Assembly: GCA_046706325.1 (NCBI GenBank)
Contig: JBJKPM010000053.1
Span: 1,243 to 65,242 of the forward strand
From: Desulfocapsaceae bacterium
GTDB lineage: Bacteria; Desulfobacterota; Desulfobulbia; Desulfobulbales; Desulfocapsaceae
Length of the DNA: 64,000 nucleotides
Reading direction: 5' to 3'
The number at the start of each line of letters is the position of its first letter. Positions within the stretch are counted from its first letter, which is position 1. Position numbers and translations under genes: made by a program. Shown here piece by piece: positions 45,735-53,654 of this stretch. The notes beneath the pieces are model-generated. The model made no database searches, was not told the DNA's origin, and saw nothing but the letters and a program-made list of their open reading frames with translations.

Positions 45735-46259
45735 ATGATGATGGTGTATGATGATCAGTACCCGAAAATCGGGAAAAATGTCTTTATTGCCGATGGTGTC
45801 CATCTGATCGGCGCCGTGATGATCGGCAACGATTCCTCGGTCTTTTATAATTCGGTCCTGAGAGCGGATATCAACAGTATAACCATTGGGGAGAGAACAA
45901 ATATCCAGGACAACTGTACGCTTCATGTGGCCAGTGACAGACCGGTCCTCATCGGCAATGATGTGACCGTCGGTCATAATGTGGTTATCCATGCCTGCGA
46001 GATCGGCGATAATGTGACCGTCGGTATGAGTTCGACCATCATGAACGGCACGGTAATCGGAAAAAATTCAATCGTGGCTGCCGGCAGCCTGGTGACCCGT
46101 AATAAAATATTTCCGGAAGGGGTCTTGATCCTTGGCAATCCGGCGAAGGTGGTCAGGGATCTGACCGGGGATGAGATTGAGGCTAATCATAAGATGGCCC
46201 ACAAGTATATGGGAGTAAAGGACAGGTATATCCTTGGTCCAAGAGAGGAGAAATCCTGA
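45735..46259 (+). CDS. gamma-carbonic-anhydrase-like / hexapeptide-repeat (LbH) protein
   Basis: Pattern P.I.....FIA....LIG.V.IG..SSVFYNSVLRAD...I.IGERTNIQDN..LH with repeated hexapeptide units (YrdA/PaaY family). Confidence 0.8.
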   Translation: MMMVYDDQYPKIGKNVFIADGVHLIGAVMIGNDSSVFYNSVLRADINSITIGERTNIQDNCTLHVASDRPVLIGNDVTVGHNVVIHACEIGDNVTVGMSSTIMNGTVIGKNSIVAAGSLVTRNKIFPEGVLILGNPAKVVRDLTGDEIEANHKMAHKYMGVKDRYILGPREEKS

Positions 46260-46300
46260 TATCCGCAGTTGAAAAGAAAGGCAACCGCAGCGATGATGGT

Positions 46301-46615
46301 CTATGAGAGGAGGGCGTCAATCTCTTCCCGGGTCAGAAGAGACATCAGTAGAGGTTGCCGGCGCCGATCTCCATATGTCCGCCGGTCCTCTTTTTTACGG
46401 CGGTCAACCCCCAGGCGGGCGTGTGTCAACGACCGGAGCCAGACCTTCATTGTCTTTCGTTGTCTCGACGATGACAATCGGCTATCGAGGCGCCTTTCTT
46501 GTTGGGAACGCCTGTCCTCAGTCGTCCGCCGGTCGGTAACATTTATCCGTCGTTCCAGCTGCTCGAACCTCTCACCCGTCGTCCTGCCTGATGGTATCTG
46601 AATATTTTTGGTCAT
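46301..46615 (-). CDS. Arg-rich hypothetical protein with D/E-RR repeats and a C-terminal REEIDALL motif
   Basis: 104 aa, with GAGG 8-9 nt upstream of the ATG. Repeats are DRRTTEDRRSQQERR and DRRKKEDRRTYGDRRR. The strand choice over the mirror ORF 46269..46601 (+) is uncertain. Confidence 0.45.
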   Translation of the reverse strand: MTKNIQIPSGRTTGERFEQLERRINVTDRRTTEDRRSQQERRLDSRLSSSRQRKTMKVWLRSLTHARLGVDRRKKEDRRTYGDRRRQPLLMSLLTREEIDALLS

Positions 46616-46864
46616 CGGGTTTGCCTCAGTTTAAAAGTTTTCCGATAATCATGGAAGACTGTAAATACAAGAATATAAGACTTTATTAATCCATTCATTC
46701 TTAGAAGCAAGCTTTTTTTCGTATTTTCTTGGAATGTAACCGAAATATTGCATTCGCTGCCCTCTCCATGGTCCGGCGGTTTCAACACCATGCTGCTGAT
46801 CTCCGCCGCCGCCATCTCTGGTCAGGGCGAAGGAATTGTCGTCTGAGAGGGGATCGGTAAGGAT

Positions 46865-47101
46865 ATGACCCGCATCCGCAATATAACCGACCAACTGATC
46901 AACCATGAAATATTGGCCTCCGTTGGACGGATGGCCGTGGGGATCGCCCACGGGATAAATACTCAGCTGGGTATCATTCCGGGCCATTCCCGGTTGATGA
47001 TGGATGAATTCCGCGCGCAGTCGGGAGAATACTGTGTCAAAACCATCGACAAAATGGATCTGAAAATAAAGGGTTCGGAGATCCTGATCCGCAGAAAGTG
47101 A
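46865..47101 (+). CDS. orphan DHp(HisKA)-like mini-protein or histidine-kinase remnant
   Basis: 78 aa. ILASVGRMAVGIAHGINTQLGII resembles the H-box helix of NtrB/AtoS-type kinases (..GIAHEINNPL..). No ATPase domain follows, and an AAGGA-like RBS is present. Confidence 0.35.
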   Translation: MTRIRNITDQLINHEILASVGRMAVGIAHGINTQLGIIPGHSRLMMDEFRAQSGEYCVKTIDKMDLKIKGSEILIRRK

Positions 47102-47150
47102 ACTCTGCGGCTTATAAAGGTTTACAGCAAGAACAAACAAGGAGAGGTGC

Positions 47151-49265
47151 ATGAAAAAATCAGTCTATTCAATCTGCGGCATGTGCACGGTCCGCTGCCC
47201 CATTCGTGTCGAGTCACAGGACAACCGGGTAACCTGGATAGAAGGAAACCCATACCTTCTGGATGGCGCCCTCTGTGCCAAGGGATCGGCCGGTATGGCC
47301 CTTATCGATGATGTCGAGCGCCCGCAGCAACCGATGATCCGGGTTGGTGCCCGTGGCGCGGGTCGTTGGCGAAAGGTTGGTTGGACCGAGGCCTATGATT
47401 TTGTCGCCGCAAAACTTGCCGAGATAAAAAGGTCTTCCGGACCCGAATCGGTAGTGCTCTCGTCTCGCGGCGGTCCCTGGCAGGATATGTACAAGACCTT
47501 TATCCATGCCTTTGGTTCCCCAAACTACACCGATCATGACTGTACCTGCGGTCGGAATATCCATCATGCCAGTCTCTCAATCAACGGTGTCGGACGTAAA
47601 GGTTTTGCCTACGATATTAAAAACGCCAATCACCTGGTCCTGTTCGGGCGCAATATGTTCTCGTCTCTGCTAATAGCTCAAAACCTCCAGACCCTCGACA
47701 TGCTTGACAGGGGGGGACGTCTCACCTACGTCGATGTCCGCCAGACCATGACCGGCATCAAGGCCACCCGTTTCTTTCAGGTCCGTCCAGGAACCGATTA
47801 TGCCCTGGCCCTGGCCATCATTCATCAGGTCATCAAAAAGGGGTATTATGATCAGGCATTTCTCGATCAATTCGCCAGCGGCTTTGCAGACCTCCAGACC
47901 TTCGTCGAGCCGTATTCGCCTTCTTGGTCGGCAAAGGAATGCGGGGTCAAAGAGGGCTCTATTGTCGACTTTGTCGACGAGCTGAGACAGGATAGACCTG
48001 AGGTCATCTTTCATCCCGGTTGGAATCTCTCCCGGTACAGGGATTCCTTCTATGCTGATCGCGCCTTGCATATCCTTAATATACTGATGGGCAATATCGA
48101 GATGCAAGGCGGTCTCTTTATCCCCAAAGGTGCAGAAGACTGCGGTGTGAAGGGGATCCGGCAACTTGACTGCCCGAGACCGGAAATAGAACGCGGCGAC
48201 GGTGTCGGCTGGAAATACAAACACTTCGACAAAGGTCCGGGCCTTGCCCATCTCTTCTTCGACACCATGCTCACCGAGGAGCCTTATCCGATCAAGGCCT
48301 GGATTGCGATGCGACATGATCCGTTCTCCGGCCTACCGGACCCGGAACGGCAGAAGACGGCCATGGACAAATGTGATCTGCTGGTGTCCATCGACACCCA
48401 TTACAGTGAATTCGGTTGGTACAGCGATGTAATCCTACCCGAGTCCACATATCTGGAGCGAGATTCCCCTGTTTTTCAGCAAAAAGGGTTGAAGCCACGG
48501 TTTGCAATGCGTAGAAAGGCGGTCGAGCCCCGATTCGACACCAAGCCGAACTGGGAGATCTTCAAACAACTGGCAACCCGGCTAGGTCTGGCAGAGCACT
48601 TCCCCTATACCACCATAGAGGATCTGTGGGCCTGGCAGCTCGAGCCGACCGGCCGTTCCATCGAGGAGTTCAATGAAAAAGGCTTTGTCGAACTCTCCGA
48701 CACCCCTGTCTATTATGATCGGGCACAGCTTGCCGACAAGTTCAAGACTCCGAGCGGCAAGCTGGAGTTTATAAGCGGTAAACTGACCGATGCCGGATTG
48801 CCTTCCTTGCAACCCTATGTCTCTCCGGATGTGCCGCCCGAGGGGATGTTCCGGTTACTCTACGGCCGAACAGCGGTCCATACACATGGACATACCGTCA
48901 ACAATCCGCTGCTTGGGGAACTGATGCCGGTGAACACCTTGTGGATTAATTCCAAGCGGGCGAAAAAACTCGGTATTGCCGATGGTGATCTGGTGGAGGT
49001 CGCTGCATCGGATAGATCCTACTGTGCCACGGTTGCCGCCACAGTCACCGATCATATCCATCCTGAAGCCGTATATATGGTGCATGGGTTTGGTCGGGAT
49101 ATTCCCTCTCAGACCAGGAGTCGTCAGGCTGGAGTGAGCGATCAGAAACTGATGATTGGTAAACTCGATGATTGGGACCAGGCCGGCGGAGGCGTCAATC
49201 TCTGTGAAGCATTTGTCTTTGTGCACAAGAGTATCCGCAATCCGATAAGGAGGGTAGAACTGTGA
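47151..49265 (+). CDS. molybdopterin (bis-MGD) oxidoreductase catalytic subunit, DMSO-reductase family, without a Tat signal
   Basis: N-terminal [4Fe-4S] motif CGMCTVRCPI with no twin-arginine leader. The overall length and blocks are typical of PsrA/PhsA/TtrA-like enzymes. The GGAGAGG RBS precedes the start. Confidence 0.85.
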   Translation: MKKSVYSICGMCTVRCPIRVESQDNRVTWIEGNPYLLDGALCAKGSAGMALIDDVERPQQPMIRVGARGAGRWRKVGWTEAYDFVAAKLAEIKRSSGPESVVLSSRGGPWQDMYKTFIHAFGSPNYTDHDCTCGRNIHHASLSINGVGRKGFAYDIKNANHLVLFGRNMFSSLLIAQNLQTLDMLDRGGRLTYVDVRQTMTGIKATRFFQVRPGTDYALALAIIHQVIKKGYYDQAFLDQFASGFADLQTFVEPYSPSWSAKECGVKEGSIVDFVDELRQDRPEVIFHPGWNLSRYRDSFYADRALHILNILMGNIEMQGGLFIPKGAEDCGVKGIRQLDCPRPEIERGDGVGWKYKHFDKGPGLAHLFFDTMLTEEPYPIKAWIAMRHDPFSGLPDPERQKTAMDKCDLLVSIDTHYSEFGWYSDVILPESTYLERDSPVFQQKGLKPRFAMRRKAVEPRFDTKPNWEIFKQLATRLGLAEHFPYTTIEDLWAWQLEPTGRSIEEFNEKGFVELSDTPVYYDRAQLADKFKTPSGKLEFISGKLTDAGLPSLQPYVSPDVPPEGMFRLLYGRTAVHTHGHTVNNPLLGELMPVNTLWINSKRAKKLGIADGDLVEVAASDRSYCATVAATVTDHIHPEAVYMVHGFGRDIPSQTRSRQAGVSDQKLMIGKLDDWDQAGGGVNLCEAFVFVHKSIRNPIRRVEL

Positions 49266-49714
49266 AAAGATATATGATTCATCTCAACAGCCGGCGGTGC
49301 ATCGGCTGTCATGGGTGTGAGGTGCATTGCAAAACCAATAAGGGCCTGCTGGCCGGGCCCTTCCTCTGCGAGATAAGCCATACACCGCCGAGAATGATCG
49401 CCGGCATACCGCGGACGGAGTTTATTTTTCAAACCTGCCGTCACTGTGACGATCCGCTTTGTGTTCCGGTTTGCCCGACGGAAGCGATGGTCAGACGTGA
49501 CGATTCGATCGTCTATATTATCCAGGAAAAATGTATTGGCTGCTTGGCCTGCAAGAGTGCCTGCCCATGGCAGATTCCAGTGTACAATCAACAGACTAAA
49601 ACTGCTGTAAAATGTGATCTCTGTATGGACCGGCTCGATGCCGGTCTAAAACCCGCATGCATAGCGAAATGTACAACGCATGCCCTGAAACTGGTGAGTC
49701 TTCAGGTGCTGTAG
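49262..49714 (+). CDS. 4Fe-4S ferredoxin-type electron-transfer subunit (PsrB/HybA-like, short)
   Basis: Cys clusters CIGCHGCEVHC, CRHCDDPLCVPVCP, CIGCLACKSACP and CDLC...C. Its start overlaps the catalytic subunit stop. Confidence 0.85.
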   Translation: MKRYMIHLNSRRCIGCHGCEVHCKTNKGLLAGPFLCEISHTPPRMIAGIPRTEFIFQTCRHCDDPLCVPVCPTEAMVRRDDSIVYIIQEKCIGCLACKSACPWQIPVYNQQTKTAVKCDLCMDRLDAGLKPACIAKCTTHALKLVSLQVL

Positions 49715-49894
49715 CTCCAAATTATCTTCATTCCGGTGCCTGTCTTTTGCACAGATTTCGTCCAATTCGTTGCCGTTTTGGAGGGCTGCATTCTCAAGAG
49801 ACAACCGAAATCGACAAAGAGCTTGCAGATATCGGGGAGGAGAAAAAACGAGCCGCCGGTTGCGTCTTCCCGGCATCTTCGGAGGAGCTGTCTC

Positions 49895-51160
49895 TTATCC
49901 CCAGAGATGGACGAGGACGAGACTCAGCCACGGGAAATAGGTGATGATGGCAAGTATCACCAGCAGCAGCGCTAAAAAAGGCAGAGTGGCGCGATAGAGC
50001 TCGATGATCGAACAATCAAAGCGGTAGGAGGCCAGGAAGAGATTGAGTCCGACCGGCGGCGTGCTGTAGCCTATCTGCAGATTGGTGAGGAAGATGATCC
50101 CGAGGTGGATCGGATTGACCCCGTAGCCGGTGGCAATGGGAAGGATGAGAGGCACTACCAGGACCAGGGCCGAAAAGATATCCAGCATGCAGCCGACGAT
50201 GAGCAGAAAGAGATTCAACAGCAACAGGAAGGTATATTTACTGTCGATATAGGCTCGGATGAGATGGAAAAGACGGGTCGGCACCTGCTGGTCCACCAGG
50301 TAATTGGTACTGGCCATGGATGCCGCCAGAATCACCAGAATGCCGCCGAACAGCATCATTGATTTCGCCATGATCTTCGGCAGTTGCGAGATGGAAATAT
50401 CTTTATAGATAAAGGTCTCGACGATGAGGACATAGAGTGCCGTCACCGCCGCCGCCTCGCCGGCTACAAAAATCCCACCATAGATGCCGCCGAGGATGAT
50501 GAAGGGCAGCGGCAGTTCCCAGGCCGCCTCGGCAAGGCCTGCCAGGATCTCCCGACCGGAATATCGCCGTGCCCTTTCCGGCCTTACCGGGCTCTTGTAC
50601 ATGGAATAGGCGATGAGCAGCAGAAGCATGAACAGGCCCGGCAGGATGCCGGCCAGGAAGAGGTGGTCGATGCGCGTCTCCGAGATGACCCCGTAGAGGA
50701 TCAGTGGCAGACTGGGTGGAAAGAGAAGTCCCAGGCTTCCCGAAGAGGTGATCAGGCCCAACGAAAAAGGGCGGGAGTAGCCGTCCTTCAGCAGGGTGGG
50801 AAGGAGCAGGCCGCCCAACGCGAAGATGGTCACGCCCGAGGCCCCGGTAAAGGCGGTAAAGACGGCACAGACGATCAACGAGATGACGGCCAGCCCTCCG
50901 GGTAGCCATCCCAACAGCAGCTGTGACAGTTTGAGCATGCGCTCCGGGGTGCCGCTTTCGGACAGCAGGGTGCCTGCAAAGATGAACAGGGGCAGGGAGA
51001 TGAGCAAGGGGGTATCGGCCAGGCGCGACATTTCAATGATGACGACGGAGAGGTCGATACCGGCTGAGTGAAAGGAAAGCAGGGCCAGGGCGGCGATGAC
51101 GATAAAAAGTGGGGAGCCCAGGAGGGCAAGCAGGATGATAAAGAGTTTGGCGATGGTCAT
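49895..51160 (-). CDS. dctM: TRAP transporter large permease subunit
   Basis: 421-aa polytopic membrane protein with DctM-type blocks (LFIFAG..L..SG, GYSTPPVGLNLF). Confidence 0.9.
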   Translation of the reverse strand: MTIAKLFIILLALLGSPLFIVIAALALLSFHSAGIDLSVVIIEMSRLADTPLLISLPLFIFAGTLLSESGTPERMLKLSQLLLGWLPGGLAVISLIVCAVFTAFTGASGVTIFALGGLLLPTLLKDGYSRPFSLGLITSSGSLGLLFPPSLPLILYGVISETRIDHLFLAGILPGLFMLLLLIAYSMYKSPVRPERARRYSGREILAGLAEAAWELPLPFIILGGIYGGIFVAGEAAAVTALYVLIVETFIYKDISISQLPKIMAKSMMLFGGILVILAASMASTNYLVDQQVPTRLFHLIRAYIDSKYTFLLLLNLFLLIVGCMLDIFSALVLVVPLILPIATGYGVNPIHLGIIFLTNLQIGYSTPPVGLNLFLASYRFDCSIIELYRATLPFLALLLVILAIITYFPWLSLVLVHLWG

Positions 51161-51681
51161 GATGTCCTGCTGTCAGGCGGTCTTGTGCCAGAGAGGATTG
51201 TCCGTACCGTTGCCCAGGCTGCCATGAAAAAACGCAGGGCAATCAGAGAAAAGGCGACAGGAAAGATAAGGTTCCAGATCCAGGACGGCAGCTCAAGGAG
51301 TCTGCCGGTGCCGAATTGCCTCTCGCTGAGGATGAACAGATAGGCCGCCCAGGTCAGAAAACCGGCGATGACGGCGGAGAAGAGATTGGTTGTTATCTGC
51401 AACCAGGACTTCATGGATTGCGGCACAAGGAAGCTGATGACATCCATGGCGATGTGCTTGCCCTGGGAAGTTGCCGTGGCGGCACCGAGGAACCCGGTCC
51501 AAAGAACAAGGTAGCGCAGCAGGGGGTCGGCCCATGAGATCCCGGTGGAAAAAAAGGTCCTGAGCAGAATCTGCAGGCAGGTCAGAAGGATCATCACCAC
51601 CAGGAAGAGGCTGAGAATGGACTCTTCCACCCGGGCCAGCCTTGAAAAAAGGCTATTTGCCGGCTGGGGAGCGGGTCTCAT
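51157..51681 (-). CDS. dctQ: TRAP transporter small permease subunit
   Basis: 174 aa with 4 TM segments, overlapping the dctM start. Its position between the DctP and DctM genes supports the call. Confidence 0.8.
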   Translation of the reverse strand: MRPAPQPANSLFSRLARVEESILSLFLVVMILLTCLQILLRTFFSTGISWADPLLRYLVLWTGFLGAATATSQGKHIAMDVISFLVPQSMKSWLQITTNLFSAVIAGFLTWAAYLFILSERQFGTGRLLELPSWIWNLIFPVAFSLIALRFFMAAWATVRTILSGTRPPDSRTS

Positions 51682-52705
51682 CTGATGCCTTAACCGGGAT
51701 ATGGTCCCGATAGTCCTTAAGTATCTTCGTAGCGATGCCGTATGCCTCCGAAGAAAATGCCTTGCCGATGAGCTGCTTTACCGCACGATCCCGTTCACCT
51801 TCCAGTTCTTTGACGATACCCGGTTCAGGCTGGATAAATTTAACCCCGTTCTGTTGGAGCACCTGGCGTGACTCCCGATTGCTTTTCCGCGTGTCTTCGA
51901 TGAGGGCCGAAAAGTATTTATCGGCGGTGGTATGGATTAAGGCGGCGTAGTTTTCCGGCAGCCTGGAGAAGGATCTTTTGTCCAACAGGACGACACCGTA
52001 GGCATAGCCGAACGGGGTGTCGGTTATATACGGGGTTCGTGTGAACCACTGGAGGACGATGGAGCCGTAGAGTGAATTGAAGACCGTATTGACCAGGCCT
52101 GTTTCCAGAGAGGTCAAGACATCCGGGATGGAAAGGGGAATGGGGGCGATCCCGAGGTTGCTGAGAAATGTTCCTGTTACCGGATCTCCGGATGGCGCCC
52201 AGCATTTGCTGTTTTTCAGATCACTGATTGATTTCATCGGTTCGGTGGACATGGTATAGATAAAGCCGACCTCGGTCATGGCAATAAATTCGAGTCCCTT
52301 CTCATTGAATTTCTTCTTGAAATAGGGGGTCATGCCGTCACGAACCTTGTCGACCTCCGCGTAGGACCTGAAAAAAAAGGGAATGGCCATCACCCGGAAA
52401 TCCGGGACCACGTCGGCGATGCCGGTCATCGTGAAACCACCGCCCTGCAGCTGACCCACCCGGAGTTTTCTGTACATCGCCTGGTCATCTCCCATGATTC
52501 CCCCGGGATAGATCCGAAATGCGATATCACCGTGGCTCTTCTGGTTGACCTCCTTGGCGAATTCCTTGAATTCGTTGACCCAAACGGACCCTTCGGGAGC
52601 GAGGCTGGCGATCTTAAAGAGATATTTTGCTTCGGCGTGAGCCTGAGAGGTCCAACCGAGGAAGACAAAGACAGCCGCCACAAACAGACGCGTCAGGCGA
52701 TACAT
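51653..52705 (-). CDS. dctP: TRAP transporter substrate-binding protein (DctP/TatP-like)
   Basis: Signal peptide ...WTSQAHA, then a LAPEGSVW...PGG.MGDD......R.GQL.G DctP-type N-domain. The GGAGG RBS precedes the ATG at 52705. Confidence 0.85.
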   Translation of the reverse strand: MYRLTRLFVAAVFVFLGWTSQAHAEAKYLFKIASLAPEGSVWVNEFKEFAKEVNQKSHGDIAFRIYPGGIMGDDQAMYRKLRVGQLQGGGFTMTGIADVVPDFRVMAIPFFFRSYAEVDKVRDGMTPYFKKKFNEKGLEFIAMTEVGFIYTMSTEPMKSISDLKNSKCWAPSGDPVTGTFLSNLGIAPIPLSIPDVLTSLETGLVNTVFNSLYGSIVLQWFTRTPYITDTPFGYAYGVVLLDKRSFSRLPENYAALIHTTADKYFSALIEDTRKSNRESRQVLQQNGVKFIQPEPGIVKELEGERDRAVKQLIGKAFSSEAYGIATKILKDYRDHIPVKASDETRSPAGK

Positions 52706-52760
52706 TGAGAAGACCTCCGGGGAGATGGGAAAGTGGTCGTTTTTAGGGTCATGGTGTGCG

Positions 52761-53636
52761 TTATTCCGTGAAAAGACCTTCGGCCAGGAGTTTCTTTGCC
52801 TCTCTCTTGGCAATCTGATTGCTGAGTGCATTGTCCGGGGCCCTGTCCAGAGGGAAGGCCACTACCTCATGGAGAAGGGTGTTGTAGAGTTTCCTGTTCA
52901 TTGTCAGCCTGGCATAGGTTGCTGCATAAGTGGTCTGGACGAGCAGGAAAGAGCGGTGGGAGATTGCCAGGGCCCTCTGAAAGTGGATACGGCTCAGATC
53001 CGGTCGGCCTCCCAGCAGGGGCGGTTTGGCGGCGTAATACGCTCCGAAAAAGAGGTGGACTCCCCCCTGCTGATAAGTATCATCGAGTTCCTCCACACGA
53101 TGCATGATCCTTTCCACCTTGACCAGATCGGCAATGGAGGCAGGCGATCCGTGCTGGTTTTGGATCCAGGTCGTCCAGGCAAGCGCCCCCCAGAACAGGG
53201 ACGGGACGTCGGATCTGGTCATCTGCTGCAGGGCTGTGTTCAGTGAATCGACGGAATCTCCGGGGGCAATAGGAAGATCGGCGGCGAGCAGTGCGGTCCC
53301 ATATCGCCGGGCCTTGTCGGCAACCGTCGCTATTCTGGCGTCGCTATAGCCGCACTCGGTCATGGCCGATAGATAGCCGCTGTACGATTTTGCCCCTAGC
53401 AGGAGGAGATTGGAACTGGTCGGATCCGAGGCGATCATGCTGTCTATCATCAGGAGATAGGCGGGCGCCCCTTGGCATACCAGGTCGAGGTCGGTCTGTT
53501 TCTGTAGATTGTCGACCGTCGGTTCGATCAAGGCCGTCATCAGGGAAGAGCAGGAGGTGAGAAAAAAAAGAAGCAACAGGCATGAGAAGATCCCGCCTTC
53601 CCTTGCAATTCGCGACGTCCTCGTCCCCATATTCAT
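52761..53636 (-). CDS. TRAP-associated TatT-like TPR lipoprotein
   Basis: Lipobox FLTSC. The helical-repeat protein has the C-terminal block GG.HLFFGAYYAAKPPLLGG.P..S..HF..AL typical of the TatT component of TPR-protein-associated TRAP (TPAT) systems. Confidence 0.65.
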   Translation of the reverse strand: MNMGTRTSRIAREGGIFSCLLLLFFLTSCSSLMTALIEPTVDNLQKQTDLDLVCQGAPAYLLMIDSMIASDPTSSNLLLLGAKSYSGYLSAMTECGYSDARIATVADKARRYGTALLAADLPIAPGDSVDSLNTALQQMTRSDVPSLFWGALAWTTWIQNQHGSPASIADLVKVERIMHRVEELDDTYQQGGVHLFFGAYYAAKPPLLGGRPDLSRIHFQRALAISHRSFLLVQTTYAATYARLTMNRKLYNTLLHEVVAFPLDRAPDNALSNQIAKREAKKLLAEGLFTE

Positions 53637-53654
53637 TTCATCATACCAGGAAAA

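Noticed and set aside
46269-46601. 110-aa plus-strand Arg/Ser/Cys-rich ORF mirroring the DRR-repeat ORF
   Set aside because: Third-position GC does not discriminate between the strands by eye. The minus-strand frame was preferred because it has a GAGG RBS, regular D/E-RR repeats and a recognisable C-terminal EEIDALL motif. This remains uncertain.
46649-47152. 167-aa minus-strand ORF covering the DHp-like ORF region
   Set aside because: No recognisable domain was seen, and its start would lie inside the Mo-oxidoreductase start region. The plus-strand 78-aa ORF has an H-box-like motif and an RBS. Neither ORF is firmly established.
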